A DNA stretch of 64,000 nucleotides from Candidatus Marinacidobacterales bacterium (lineage in GTDB: Bacteria; Acidobacteriota; Vicinamibacteria; Marinacidobacterales; DATDRI01). Of this stretch, positions 1 to 10,563 are shown piece after piece (position 1 is the stretch's first letter; each line of letters starts with the position of its first letter). The DNA is taken from the NCBI GenBank assembly GCA_965226495.1, contig OZ245365.1, positions 5,504,001 to 5,568,000 on the forward strand, read 5' to 3'. The position numbers and the translations under genes were made by a program. The notes below the pieces were generated by a model. That model saw only the letters and a program-made list of their open reading frames with translations. It was not told where the DNA came from and ran no database searches.

Positions 1-38
1 GCGACGATGGCGAGGATGCTAGTCAGGACGAAACGCAT
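1..38 (-). CDS. 5' end of a putative exported protein (partial, runs off the window)
   Basis: ATG at 38 gives MRFVLTSILAIV..., a signal-peptide-like start just downstream of the dehydratase stop. Confidence 0.4.
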   Translation of the reverse strand, partial: MRFVLTSILAIV

Positions 39-60
39 GGTGTTGCAGAAAGAATGGAGT

Positions 61-2034
61 CTATTTCCCTACCGCGAGCGAACGGCTCCCCAAGGGCACC
101 GAGTCGGACCGCGACTCGCCGAAGGGCGGTGACACGAGGCGTGCTTCGGGGAGCACATCACTCAATACCAGCCGGATCGCACTATCCTTCTCCTCGAACG
201 AGTACTGTTCCAGGCGGCGAAGGGCCGACTGCACCACGTCTTCAGGGTAGGGACCTATCTTGCCGATACGGATCTTGGGGTGTCGAGTCATGGAAACCAA
301 CTCGCTGCTGAGCTGCAGCTCCTCGTGGAGTTTCTCCCCCGGACGAAGACCGGTAAAGACGATTTCCACATCCTCGAACGGTTTGAGACCCGAAAGCAGG
401 ATCATGTCGCGCGCCAGATCCAAAATGCGCACCGACTCGCCCATGTCGAGAATGAATATCTCACCCCCTTCTCCCATGGCACCCGCCTGAAGAACTAGTT
501 GAGCCGCTTCGGGAATGGTCATGAAATAGCGCCTCACCTGGGGATGGGTGACGGTCACCGGTTCACCCCGCTCGATCTGTTCTCGAAAAATGGGGATCAC
601 GGATCCGGCCGAACCCATGACGTTTCCAAACCGAACCGCGACGTAACGAGTCGGAAAGCGACGCCCGAGATCCTGCACGATCAGTTCGGCCATCCTCTTC
701 GAAGCTCCCATAATGGATGTCGGTCGGACCGCTTTGTCGGTGGAAACGAGCACAAACGTACTCACGCCGAGCTCACCGGCCAGCACCCCGAGCGTATTGG
801 TGGCGAGCGCGTTGTTCTTGATGGCTTCGGTGGGATGCAATTCCATCATCGTAACGTGTTTGTGAGCCGCGGCGTGCAAAATCACGTCGGGCCGATGTGT
901 CGACAGAACCGAACGAATTCTCTGCGCATCCCCTACATCAGCCACTATCGGAACTAACTCTAGGCTCGGGTACAATCGCCGGAGCTCCCGTTCCACGTCG
1001 AAGAGGGCAAACTCTGCACGCTCCAAGAGTAGGAGACGCTCGGGAAGGAATCGGGCCACCTGACGCGCCAGCTCAGATCCGATGGACCCCCCGGCACCGG
1101 TGACCGCAACCGTCTTACCAGCCAGAAACTCCTGTACCTCGTGTTCGTCCAACTGAACCTGTTCGCGTCCAAGCAAATCTTCTATGTCCACGTCGCGTAT
1201 GGCGCTGACGGAAACTCGTCCCTCCAGGATCTCGTAGAGTCCAGGAATGATTCTTACTTTGATCGGAATCCGTTCACAGATTTCAACGATCCTTCGAACG
1301 CTACGCCGAGAGGTGGCAGCAATGGTGATGACCACTTCGTCGATCTTGAGCTTCTTCGTGAGGTGCGGTAAATCCAGGGTCCCCCCTAGAACTTGAATCC
1401 CCTGAATGACGAGCGCATGTTTGTATCGGTCGTCGTCGACGAAACCCATTAACTCGAGGCCCGAGTCGGTCCGCCGCTGAATCTCTTTCGCAACCATGAC
1501 GCCCGCCTCGCCCGCACCAACGAGCAAGACCGCCTTCCGACGCCCGCCGCGAGGGCTCCCGGACCGTTTTTCGAACCGCTCGTGGATCGTTCGCCGGAGT
1601 ACCCGAAGAGCCAACACCCCACCAAACCCGAGCACGGTGGACATCATTAGGATGGAGGTTGGGACGCGCCACCGGTGGAAGTCATCCGGTAGGCCGAAAC
1701 GCATCAAGATGAGGGGCAGGAAAGACCAAAGAGCTGCTTTGACAAAAGCCCCGCTCTCCGCCACACCGACGTAACGCCAGACGAAAGAGTAGACGCCCGC
1801 GATGAGGAGCATCGTGAACTGTACCAGGACGACCAAAGGTAGCTGAGTGATCCCGCGCAGCAGGTTGGTCTCAGGAATACGAAAATCGAATCGAAGGAGG
1901 TAAGACAAACAGAATGCAGCCGCCAAGACGGCGAGATCGAGAGCGAACTGGAGTCGGCGGCTGAGCAGACGACTCCACCAGCGAGGGGACCTCGCCCGTT
2001 CGGTTCTCTCCGTTTTGCTCACTGGTTGGGTCAC
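61..2034 (-). CDS. Membrane-bound UDP-GlcNAc 4,6-dehydratase (CapD/PglF/WbpM family)
   Basis: 4 N-terminal TM segments; GAGEAG; TGAGGSIGSEL; HAAAHKHV; STDKAV; MGASK; VRFGNV; GLRPGEKL. Confidence 0.95.
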   Translation of the reverse strand: MTQPVSKTERTERARSPRWWSRLLSRRLQFALDLAVLAAAFCLSYLLRFDFRIPETNLLRGITQLPLVVLVQFTMLLIAGVYSFVWRYVGVAESGAFVKAALWSFLPLILMRFGLPDDFHRWRVPTSILMMSTVLGFGGVLALRVLRRTIHERFEKRSGSPRGGRRKAVLLVGAGEAGVMVAKEIQRRTDSGLELMGFVDDDRYKHALVIQGIQVLGGTLDLPHLTKKLKIDEVVITIAATSRRSVRRIVEICERIPIKVRIIPGLYEILEGRVSVSAIRDVDIEDLLGREQVQLDEHEVQEFLAGKTVAVTGAGGSIGSELARQVARFLPERLLLLERAEFALFDVERELRRLYPSLELVPIVADVGDAQRIRSVLSTHRPDVILHAAAHKHVTMMELHPTEAIKNNALATNTLGVLAGELGVSTFVLVSTDKAVRPTSIMGASKRMAELIVQDLGRRFPTRYVAVRFGNVMGSAGSVIPIFREQIERGEPVTVTHPQVRRYFMTIPEAAQLVLQAGAMGEGGEIFILDMGESVRILDLARDMILLSGLKPFEDVEIVFTGLRPGEKLHEELQLSSELVSMTRHPKIRIGKIGPYPEDVVQSALRRLEQYSFEEKDSAIRLVLSDVLPEARLVSPPFGESRSDSVPLGSRSLAVGK

Positions 2035-2167
2035 GCGTCCGGAATCCCCGGCAAAAAGATCCGGTATTGCTCTCGTTGGCGCGTATTAGGGGAATGCTAT
2101 ATTAGGCTGTTATTGTCTTATTTTGCCACACTTTACAGGAACTTACAATGAGAAAGGGGGGGGCATA

Positions 2168-3310
2168 TCAGGCGCCGCGGCACTGGCGCCGAATGAGATC
2201 GATGACTCTACGACGCTCGCCATCGCCGAGATTGGAGCCACTCGGTAAACACAGCCCTCGCTCGAAAAGCTCCCGCGCCACGCTGCCGCCTTTGATCCCG
2301 CAGCCGGAAAAAACCGGCTGTAGATGCAAGGGCTTCCAGACCGGCCGCACCTCGATGTCCTCCCTCGCCAATGCTTCTCGGACGTCGTCCCTCGTCGCCC
2401 CGAAGTGAGCAGGATCGATCGTCAGGCAAGTCAACCAACGCGTGGAGCGACCGTAGGGCGCCTCGGGCATGAACTCTATGCCGGGCAATCCGCCTAGACC
2501 TTGGAGATAGCAATCGAAGTTATCCCGTCGGGCCTCGATGCGCTTCTGCAATAAGCCCAACTGACCGCTCCCGATGGCCGCGAGGACGTTACTCATCTGA
2601 TAGTTGTAGCCAATCGTAGAATGCTCGTAGTGAGGCGCTTCGTCTCTTGCCTGGCCGGCCAGGAACCGAGCTCGCTCGATGAACCGGTTGTCGTAAGAAA
2701 CGAGCATGCCGCCACCCGAAGTCGTGATGATCTTGTTGCCGTTGAACGAGAAGGCGCCGAGCTTTCCAAATTGCCCCACGCTCCTACCCTTGTAGGTCGC
2801 ACCGAGTGCCTCCGCGGCGTCTTCGATAACCGGAACGTCGTACTCGCGGCAGGCCCCCAAAATGCGATCGTAGTCGGCACTCTGGCCGTAGAGGTCGACC
2901 ACCACCACCGCACGCGGGAGCTTGCCTCGCCGAGCGCGGATCCGAAGCTCCTCCCACAGGAGATCGGGATCCATGTTCCAAGTTGATCGTTCGGAGTCGA
3001 TGAAGAAGGGTCGTCCCCCCTCATAGACAATAGGGTTCGCGCTGGCACTGAAAGTAAGCGTTGAGCAGAGGACTTCGTCCCCCGACTGCACCCCCACCAA
3101 ACGAAGTGCCAAATGAATGGCTGCCGTTCCGGACGAGAGCGCAACCGTATGTGGGACGCCCACTACCTCCGCAAACTCCTTCTCGAAATTCTCGATGTGA
3201 GGACCAACGGGAGCGATCCAGCCGGACGCTAACGCGTCCTGCACGAGGGTCCACTCGATGTCACCCAGATGGGGAGGAGAAAGATAGACGCGCTCTACAC
3301 CATTAGCCAT
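2168..3310 (-). CDS. DegT/DnrJ/EryC1/StrS PLP aminotransferase (PglE/EpsN-like)
   Basis: YLSPPH, SSGTAAIHLAL, EDAAEALG, SFNGNKIITTSGGG, LCLPSGS; start placed at ATG 3310 overlapping the upstream stop. Confidence 0.95.
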   Translation of the reverse strand: MANGVERVYLSPPHLGDIEWTLVQDALASGWIAPVGPHIENFEKEFAEVVGVPHTVALSSGTAAIHLALRLVGVQSGDEVLCSTLTFSASANPIVYEGGRPFFIDSERSTWNMDPDLLWEELRIRARRGKLPRAVVVVDLYGQSADYDRILGACREYDVPVIEDAAEALGATYKGRSVGQFGKLGAFSFNGNKIITTSGGGMLVSYDNRFIERARFLAGQARDEAPHYEHSTIGYNYQMSNVLAAIGSGQLGLLQKRIEARRDNFDCYLQGLGGLPGIEFMPEAPYGRSTRWLTCLTIDPAHFGATRDDVREALAREDIEVRPVWKPLHLQPVFSGCGIKGGSVARELFERGLCLPSGSNLGDGERRRVIDLIRRQCRGA

Positions 3311-3947
3311 CGTGTCCTTCCTTACTTTCCTCGTGCAACGGTCGGGCCGGGACACCAACCGCGAACGTTCGTTCAATCAGATCTCGAACCACTGCAGCCC
3401 CTGCACAAACTGTCGTCCAGGCGCCGACTCGTACTGCTGGAATCGCGGAGGCGCCCACGCCGATCAAGCTACCCTCCCCGATCTCGACCCCTCCGCAGAG
3501 CGCCGCGCGGGGCGCGATATGCGCGAAGTCTCCTATTCGGCAATCGTGATCGAGAATCGCTCCGGTATTAATGATGGCGTGCTCTCCCACGACGGTATCT
3601 GGCTGGATCACGGCGCCGGCGAATACCACGGCTCCGACCCCGATAACGACCGAGGGGTGAACGGTCGCACTCGGATGAATCACTGAAATCCATTCGAGCG
3701 TAAGCGCCGAAGCCATCTCTTTCCTCTTTGAATTGCTGCCAATGGCGACGATCCCGGACTCGAGCTTTCTTTCACCCACCTCACGCACCGGCCCCACGAC
3801 TGGGAATCCCAACAACTCGGCCCCCCACTTCCCAGGGTCATCGTCGAACACCGAGATGGATCCATAGCCCGCAGCCTGAAGGGTAGCGATGACGACCTTC
3901 GCATGACCTCCGGCCCCGATGACGGCAATCGTCGGTGTTGCCTTCAT
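3303..3947 (-). CDS. Sugar N-acetyltransferase (PglD/NeuD/EpsM family)
   Basis: IGAGGHAKVV, AIGSN, hexapeptide repeats, DHDC, VGVPARP; ATG at 3947 in ATGA overlap with upstream stop. Confidence 0.93.
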   Translation of the reverse strand: MKATPTIAVIGAGGHAKVVIATLQAAGYGSISVFDDDPGKWGAELLGFPVVGPVREVGERKLESGIVAIGSNSKRKEMASALTLEWISVIHPSATVHPSVVIGVGAVVFAGAVIQPDTVVGEHAIINTGAILDHDCRIGDFAHIAPRAALCGGVEIGEGSLIGVGASAIPAVRVGAWTTVCAGAAVVRDLIERTFAVGVPARPLHEESKEGHDG

Positions 3948-5686
3948 TCCACGCCTCCTCTGAACTCCGGCATGGTTGCGTGCCCTTCGGCGCTGATACC
4001 TTCTCGCCTGATGACTTGGAACAAGGTGCTCCAAAGGATCCTGATATCGAGCCACAGGCTCCAGTGATCCACATACCAAACGTCTCCCTCGAGCTTCTCT
4101 TCCCAGGCCAGCGAATTTCGTCCGTGAATTTGTGCCCAACCCGTGATTCCTGGTTTGATGTTGTGACGACGAGCTTGTTCCGGTTTGTAGAGAGACAAGT
4201 ACTTCATCAAAAGGGGCCGTGGTCCCACTAGGCTCATGTCACCACGGAGTACGTTCCAGAGCTCGGGCATCTCGTCCAGGCTTGTGCTCCGGAGGAACCG
4301 TCCTAGCATCGTTAGCCGTTCATCGTCCGAACGACTGCCGGCCTCCATGGTTCGAAACTTCAAAATGTCGAAGGGTCGCCCCTTCAACCCAGGCCGCTTC
4401 TGGCGAAAAAGCACTGGGCTCCCCATGCTGAGGTACACGGCACACGCGGTCAAAACGAAGATCGGCGCCAGCACCACCAAACCCACGCCGGCCCCCACGA
4501 CATCCATCAGGCGCTTGAACAAAGACGTCATTACACCGCGGGGTGGTGTCTCCGCGTGCAGGGCTCGCTCGAGCGCGCACCAAATCATGTGCGAGGAGAA
4601 CTCCTCCTCCGCTCGTCGACGCCCTGCCTTCCCATGCTCTCGACGCAATGCAGGTTCGCGAAGGTAGCGAAGTAGGGCATGCGCCATGGCACGGCTTTCT
4701 CCCATGGGCACCAATGTTCCTGTGACCCCGTCACGTACAGCATCCGTCGTGCCCGTTCCGCGGAAGCCCACGACAGGCAGTTCCGACGCTGCAGCCTCGA
4801 GTAGCACGTTCGGAAACCCTTCACGACGCGATGGGAAAGCAACGACTTCCATGACGGAGTAATAGCTTTCGGGGTCGGGAACAAAGCCGGTGACCACTAC
4901 TCTGGGGTGCTCTCGAATACGATGAACGACGTGGGAGGATGGGCGATCTTCCACTTCGAAGTCACCGACAAGGAGCAAGCAAGCTTTGGGGCAAGAGCCG
5001 AGCACGGTGTCGAAGGCATCGAGCATTTCTTCTATGCCCTTGTCCTTCGTCAATCGCCCGACGAATCCGATGACCGGAGCGTCGCTCGGAATTCTCAATC
5101 GTTCGAGCAATCTCGCCTTTTTGCTATTGCCGGCGGGGACGCCAAAACGTTCTACGTCTACGCCGTTCGAGGAGCCCGAGGCGAGGACCAGGATCTTGTC
5201 CCCCGATCCGAGGCCCAAGCTCGTATAGAGGCTAGCCAAACTCTGGCTGACGCACACGATCCGGTGAGCACAAGCGGATGCCAACCTTTCGGCACACCAA
5301 AGCAATGCTCTTCGCAGCCCCCGCGCCGTCTCCAGTCGCAGACCGCGAACCGTATAGATCCGAACAGGCACACGGGCCACAAAAGCGGCCAGCGTCCCCA
5401 GAAGCCCGGCCTTCGGTGTGCTGGCATTGACAATGTCGGGCTGCAAGGCTCGCAGCGTTCGATACAAACGCAGCAAGGCTAAAACATCTCGCCAAGGACG
5501 GATGGTCCGATCCATTTTAACGGAGATGGTCCGGATGCCCTCACGCTCCGCCACACGATCGAGATCCTTGCCGGCCGAGCTGATGACGAGAACGTCGAAA
5601 CCCTTCTCCATCAAGTAACGAAGCTGCCCCTTCAGCAGCAAACGAGCCGAGACAGGATGGGTAACGATGTAAACGACGCGAGCCAT
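3944..5686 (-). CDS. Fused GT4 glycosyltransferase + PglC-like phosphoglycosyl transferase
   Basis: N-half: TPKAGLLG, FVGRLTKDKG, PSRREGFPNVLLEAA; C-half: FKRLMD, KFRTM, LDEMPELWNVLRGDMSLVGPRP, PGITGWAQ; no stop between them. Confidence 0.92.
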   Translation of the reverse strand: MARVVYIVTHPVSARLLLKGQLRYLMEKGFDVLVISSAGKDLDRVAEREGIRTISVKMDRTIRPWRDVLALLRLYRTLRALQPDIVNASTPKAGLLGTLAAFVARVPVRIYTVRGLRLETARGLRRALLWCAERLASACAHRIVCVSQSLASLYTSLGLGSGDKILVLASGSSNGVDVERFGVPAGNSKKARLLERLRIPSDAPVIGFVGRLTKDKGIEEMLDAFDTVLGSCPKACLLLVGDFEVEDRPSSHVVHRIREHPRVVVTGFVPDPESYYSVMEVVAFPSRREGFPNVLLEAAASELPVVGFRGTGTTDAVRDGVTGTLVPMGESRAMAHALLRYLREPALRREHGKAGRRRAEEEFSSHMIWCALERALHAETPPRGVMTSLFKRLMDVVGAGVGLVVLAPIFVLTACAVYLSMGSPVLFRQKRPGLKGRPFDILKFRTMEAGSRSDDERLTMLGRFLRSTSLDEMPELWNVLRGDMSLVGPRPLLMKYLSLYKPEQARRHNIKPGITGWAQIHGRNSLAWEEKLEGDVWYVDHWSLWLDIRILWSTLFQVIRREGISAEGHATMPEFRGGVE

Positions 5687-6930
5687 CAAGTAGCCTCTTT
5701 CTCGGAGCATTCATGCATGACTCGCACCGCCGAAGCAGCCTTGCGACTCGAGACCCACTCCTCGGTTCGCTCCTTCAAGTATCGGTAGAATTCCACGCGC
5801 CGTGCCCTTAGCAGGTCCGATCGATACTCTCGAGCCTTTATCAGGTTGCGCGCGGACATCCGGGCTAACCTCTCGCGATCCCCGATGACCTCGCGGATTT
5901 TCGCCGCCAGCGCACCGACATCATTTGGCGGCACCAAGTCTTCCGGGCTGAGCAGCTCGGGTATACCGCCGACCGTCGAGCCGATGCACGGCAAGCCGCG
6001 CGCCATGGCCTCGATCATGGCTTTCGGCAGACCTTCGTGCCGAGACGGTAAAACGAAAACGTCGGCTCGGTCGAGCTCATTGAAAACCGCCTCACGAGTC
6101 GTCAATTGCCCAGCAAACGAGATTCGGTCGCCCAGAGACACGGCCGCCTCACGAAATTGCAGAGCGGTGCGATACCTGCCATCTCCCACCACCGCCAGCT
6201 CGAGGTCTAAACCGTCTCTTGCACAGGCGGCCGACGCGTCGATCAGGACATCCGTTGCCTTATAGAGTCGCGCTAGGGTGCCCACGCTCACCAGCCGGAG
6301 GCGCCGGTCCGTTCGCGGGAAACGAGGTGTATGGCGAAAGAAAGTGTCCGAGAGCTCGATGCTGGAATAATGAGTGGAGAAAGCATCGGGTGCAGACGGG
6401 TACTTCGACTGTAAGTCCTTTTCGGTCACGTAGGAGCTCGCGGAGGCACCGGCGCACTGACGGCGGAGCTGGCGCCGAAACCAAGATCGAAAAAACGGCC
6501 GCAGCGAATGACTAACCGACCCCCGAGAGAACGTACCTGCAGGATCGCCGACAACTTCAACGCCGTAAGGGCGTGCCGAGCCCAATGACCGCCAGACAAA
6601 CTCAGCCAGAGGACAGGGCACTCGCAGAATGACCACCTCGCACGCCGAGAGCGAACGGTCGATCTGCCTTCTCAGGCTCGGGTAGACACGCAGAATTTGG
6701 CCAACCGACTGAAAATCGGGGACCGCCAGCCCCCGCACGCCGACTCCGGTCGCTCGGTTCCAACCCCGAGGTGGAGCCATGCGCGGCACCGCTCGCACCA
6801 TCAAGAAAACCTCTTCGAAGGCGTCCAAGTAGCGGGCCCAGAAAGCGTGACCGAGGGAGTTATTCCCACTCCACAAATGGCCGTCCGCGGTGACGACGAA
6901 ACGAGCGCTAGCTGAGACCAATACATTCAT
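5686..6930 (-). CDS. GT4 glycosyltransferase
   Basis: VFVLPSRHEGLPKAMIEAMARGLPCIGSTVGGIPE. Confidence 0.92.
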   Translation of the reverse strand: MNVLVSASARFVVTADGHLWSGNNSLGHAFWARYLDAFEEVFLMVRAVPRMAPPRGWNRATGVGVRGLAVPDFQSVGQILRVYPSLRRQIDRSLSACEVVILRVPCPLAEFVWRSLGSARPYGVEVVGDPAGTFSRGSVSHSLRPFFRSWFRRQLRRQCAGASASSYVTEKDLQSKYPSAPDAFSTHYSSIELSDTFFRHTPRFPRTDRRLRLVSVGTLARLYKATDVLIDASAACARDGLDLELAVVGDGRYRTALQFREAAVSLGDRISFAGQLTTREAVFNELDRADVFVLPSRHEGLPKAMIEAMARGLPCIGSTVGGIPELLSPEDLVPPNDVGALAAKIREVIGDRERLARMSARNLIKAREYRSDLLRARRVEFYRYLKERTEEWVSSRKAASAVRVMHECSEKEAT

Positions 6931-8065
6931 GGTACAGACTCAAAAGTCGTTCCGCCGATCTTGCGACGGAAAAGTCACTGCCAACCCTATGGCGACCAGC
7001 CTCACCCAGTTCGCTGGCGTACTCTTTATCCTTAAGTAGTCTCGCTACCGAGCTCGCCATACCATCGAGGTCTTCAAGTGAATGAAGTACCCCTGTTCGA
7101 CCGTCTTCCACCACCTCGTTCAACCCCGCCACGTTCGTGCCGACCACCGGCAGTCCCGCCCCACTCGCCTCCATGGCGGCGATGGGTAGACCCTCGTGAA
7201 TGGAAGGGAACAGAAAAACGTCACTGTTCCCCATGATCCGAGCGACATCGTTGCGTACTCCGAGGAACCGCGCATTCCCAGTCAATCTCAGTTCTTGAGC
7301 GGCCCGCTCCACCGTGGAGCGCAACACACCGTCACCAACCATGAGTAGCTTCGCCCCCGGGACCTCGCGAAGAACACGCCCGAAAATCTCGAGAAGACCC
7401 AGGTGGTTCTTCTGTTCCAAGAAGCGGCCGACATGAACGACCAAAGGCGTGTCCGCCGAATACCCCAGGCTGGCCCGGAAGGCGTTCCGTTCGACGTGGC
7501 TCTGTTTCGGCTGAAGGTGCGCGCCGTAGTAGAGAACCCTTCGCATACTCCCAGGCGTTTCGCGTCCCGTGACCGTGGTGAGCACACCGTTAGAGCATCC
7601 GGTTATGACATCGGAGCTGCCGACGGCGTAGCGAACACTGAAGTGCGAGTAGACGCTGCGCAAAGTCCGCAGGACGGGCAGTCGGGTCAATGTCTGGGGC
7701 GCGAAATGGGTATTGTGATAAGAAGTGATGACCCGAACACCGCTCCGCTTCGCGACCCAGACCGGGAATCCACTATAGGCGCCGAGATGGTTGTGGAGAA
7801 TGTCGTAACCTCCTTCATTCAGAATCCGCGACAATCGCCGCCCGAAACCGATATGTGTGGGTGTCATGGGGCAATGGAACGTCGCTGCCCCTTCGTCCTT
7901 CGCAATGTCAGATAGCGTTCCCAAGCTCGGACCTTTACAACACACGTCCATTGCACATTCCGTGCGATCGAACTCCTTGAGCATCTCCAGTAGCCACTTC
8001 TCGATACCTCCAGGCCGAAGCCAAGTGACCAAGTGAAGAACCTTCAAACGTCTCTCCCCAGCCAA
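6908..8065 (-). CDS. GT4 glycosyltransferase (EpsF-like)
   Basis: GGIEKWL, HVGRFLEQKNH, FPSIHEGLPIAAMEA. Confidence 0.92.
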   Translation of the reverse strand: MAGERRLKVLHLVTWLRPGGIEKWLLEMLKEFDRTECAMDVCCKGPSLGTLSDIAKDEGAATFHCPMTPTHIGFGRRLSRILNEGGYDILHNHLGAYSGFPVWVAKRSGVRVITSYHNTHFAPQTLTRLPVLRTLRSVYSHFSVRYAVGSSDVITGCSNGVLTTVTGRETPGSMRRVLYYGAHLQPKQSHVERNAFRASLGYSADTPLVVHVGRFLEQKNHLGLLEIFGRVLREVPGAKLLMVGDGVLRSTVERAAQELRLTGNARFLGVRNDVARIMGNSDVFLFPSIHEGLPIAAMEASGAGLPVVGTNVAGLNEVVEDGRTGVLHSLEDLDGMASSVARLLKDKEYASELGEAGRHRVGSDFSVARSAERLLSLYHECIGLS

Positions 8066-8086
8066 AATGAGCTCCGCTTCCTCGCG

Positions 8087-8962
8087 CTAGCTACGTCCTA
8101 GAGGGGAAAGCAGCAAGCCGACGATGTGACTACCCGCAGATGCCTCTCGAAGCTCGGCATACGATCGAACCGGAATCCGATTCTCGACTCTTCGGTATCT
8201 CCCAACTTCCTTGATATAGAGAATGTCCCCGGCATAGGCGTGCCGCTCGAACAAGGCTCGAAACATGTCGGCGACCTGCGTTTCCTCCAGGAAGGCAAAA
8301 CGGTGAAACTCCAGTAGAAGCGTCGGACGGTGGTTACTCAGCGTTTCTTCCATCCCCAATAGAACTAAGTCCTCGGCCCCTTCGACGTCGATCTTTACGA
8401 ACTTCACCGGTTGACGAACGACACCGTCAACGTACTCGTCAATTGAGACGGTACGAACTTCGTGCCAGTCTTCCCGCTGCCCGCAGATCCGTTTCAAGCT
8501 CGAAACGGTGGAACTGTTTCCAAAGTTGAAGCGAGAAGCACCTCTTTCATGACTCACCGCGAGCGGGTTCAACACGACGTGGCGGAGATGATTGAGCTCG
8601 ACATTCTCGTTCAACTTCGTGAGATTGTCCGGGTGAGGCTCGAAGGCGTGTACCCGGCCGTTCTCTCCTACCAGTCGCGCTAATAGCAACGTGTAGAGCC
8701 CATGATGGGCGCCGACGTCCAGAACAACGTCACCGGGTCCAACCCACTCTCGGAGGCGTCTTCTCACGTCTAATTCGTGGCGGAGCAAGAGTTGGAAATC
8801 CCCGCCTTCTCGGGGATAGAGAGCGAAACGAAAAGAACATCCGAGCTCACGATGGGTCACCACCCACCGCTTTGGAAACAAGTGCAGAGCCTTGCGCATG
8901 ACGACCTTGGGAACGACCGATTTGATCGCACGATGCACGTATGGACCCAGATGGTTGTTCAT
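8087..8962 (-). CDS. FkbM-family methyltransferase
   Basis: VLDVGAHHG, HAFEP, VKIDVEGAE motifs. Confidence 0.9.
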   Translation of the reverse strand: MNNHLGPYVHRAIKSVVPKVVMRKALHLFPKRWVVTHRELGCSFRFALYPREGGDFQLLLRHELDVRRRLREWVGPGDVVLDVGAHHGLYTLLLARLVGENGRVHAFEPHPDNLTKLNENVELNHLRHVVLNPLAVSHERGASRFNFGNSSTVSSLKRICGQREDWHEVRTVSIDEYVDGVVRQPVKFVKIDVEGAEDLVLLGMEETLSNHRPTLLLEFHRFAFLEETQVADMFRALFERHAYAGDILYIKEVGRYRRVENRIPVRSYAELREASAGSHIVGLLLSPLGRS

Positions 8963-10563
8963 AGACTAGGCCACCAGGTATGACCGGCTGAGGCGGGTGC
9001 TCCATCCTGCATGAGAATGGGAGCGCGTTGCTTCGTGTTCGATCGTTTGGCTGGTGCCGATACCCGCTTGCGCCTCGCACTCAATGCGATGACAAGGAAA
9101 GGCAGTGCTCCGTTCTTGAGAAAGAAGAAGACGACGTTGTCCGAATCGGACACGAGAATGACGAAGCTTAGGTTGATCAGGACGGGGTAGAGGAGAAAAC
9201 GTGCGTCTTCTGGCCGTAGGGTCGTCAGCATGTGCCGCACCCTCTGAACGAAGAACCCAAGAATCGCGAAAGCGATAGGGACCGCAAGCGGACCGAAGTT
9301 GAGCATGGCCTCGCCGGCAAGGCCGTAAACGCGAGATGAGTGCAACTTTCCTGGAACGTACGAGCCAAGCCCGTACTGAGCCTCGGTCCCCTCCCTGACT
9401 TTCGTTGGGGGTCGGCTCGGCCAGAGCGCCCGCGGCACGACCAGTGCCGCGGCCCCTAAGTAGGTCCGCCCCATGCCGAATCGATAGTCGTCGGGGTGCG
9501 ACAACAACCGATAAAGGAGAAATGCCTGGACATCGCTCCGCGCCAAGTCGCTGAGGATGGTGGCCTCCAGTGTCCGACCCGTCTCACCAGCCAGCGCGGT
9601 AACGCCCTCGCTCGTTTTGAAGGCCTCCATGGCCTCCACACCGAGCGCCTTATAGAAGCCGTAGAGGTACATGAAAGAGACCAGAAAGACGATGCCTACC
9701 AGGATCGCTTTCTTCGGTACCTGTCTCACCCAGAAGTGAATGATGCCGACTGCCCAAAAGAGGCCCCATATGGTGTTGCTCCGACTTCCACGGAGTCCGC
9801 CGAAAAACAGCTTGAACGATAGATAAACTAGCAATACGCCAATGATCACGCTCCAGGAATACCCCACCCGCCGATGGCGCGCATAGACCGCGAAACCCAT
9901 GAGCGCGATGATCGGAAAGCTCTCGGAAATCATGAAGACCCATCCCATTCCCTGGAACGCCTCGGAGTCCGTATAGGCGGTCATGTAGCCCAGCACGCCC
10001 CCCATGCGGTAGTAAACCCAAATTTGCAGAGACCCGGTTAGGACGAGGGCCAGGGGTAGGATGGCCAGACATCGTTTGTGGTCGATGAGCCATAAGGTTG
10101 TTGCCGACGGGGTGGCCGAGCCCGAAGTCTTCGATCGGTTCCTGGTGAAGCGATAGACCAGCAGCCCCATGAAGTTGAGGGCAGCCATCCCGCCAAGCCA
10201 GTCTCGCCAGTCGGCCGGTGGGCTGACGGAACTCATCCAGTAATCGGAGTAGACGTGGACGAGCGGGGCGACGAAGAAAAAGTGCAGCCCCAGCAATCCA
10301 AGAACCCCGATAGGATCGAAGACATTTAGCCGGCCTCGAAACCAATCCACGGCGTCGACCACAACGAGCACGCCGCACATCCAAACCGGAACGACGAACC
10401 AATGGACGAAACGACCGGAAGACGCAACGGTCAAGATCAACGCAAGACAGCACAGGTAGCAAGCCAAGAAGAAACTACGAGTCGAAATGTGGGCATACGC
10501 GTCAACGGGCAGTGTCCTGGTCGGTTTTCCCAGAGTAGATGCCCCTCTTTCGCGCTCAGACAC
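8959..10563 (-). CDS. Polytopic membrane protein, probable Wzy polymerase
   Basis: About 11-12 hydrophobic segments, GGLRGSRS, large periplasmic loop, GEAMLNFG; located inside a wzx cluster. Confidence 0.7.
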   Translation of the reverse strand: MSERERGASTLGKPTRTLPVDAYAHISTRSFFLACYLCCLALILTVASSGRFVHWFVVPVWMCGVLVVVDAVDWFRGRLNVFDPIGVLGLLGLHFFFVAPLVHVYSDYWMSSVSPPADWRDWLGGMAALNFMGLLVYRFTRNRSKTSGSATPSATTLWLIDHKRCLAILPLALVLTGSLQIWVYYRMGGVLGYMTAYTDSEAFQGMGWVFMISESFPIIALMGFAVYARHRRVGYSWSVIIGVLLVYLSFKLFFGGLRGSRSNTIWGLFWAVGIIHFWVRQVPKKAILVGIVFLVSFMYLYGFYKALGVEAMEAFKTSEGVTALAGETGRTLEATILSDLARSDVQAFLLYRLLSHPDDYRFGMGRTYLGAAALVVPRALWPSRPPTKVREGTEAQYGLGSYVPGKLHSSRVYGLAGEAMLNFGPLAVPIAFAILGFFVQRVRHMLTTLRPEDARFLLYPVLINLSFVILVSDSDNVVFFFLKNGALPFLVIALSARRKRVSAPAKRSNTKQRAPILMQDGAPASAGHTWWPSL

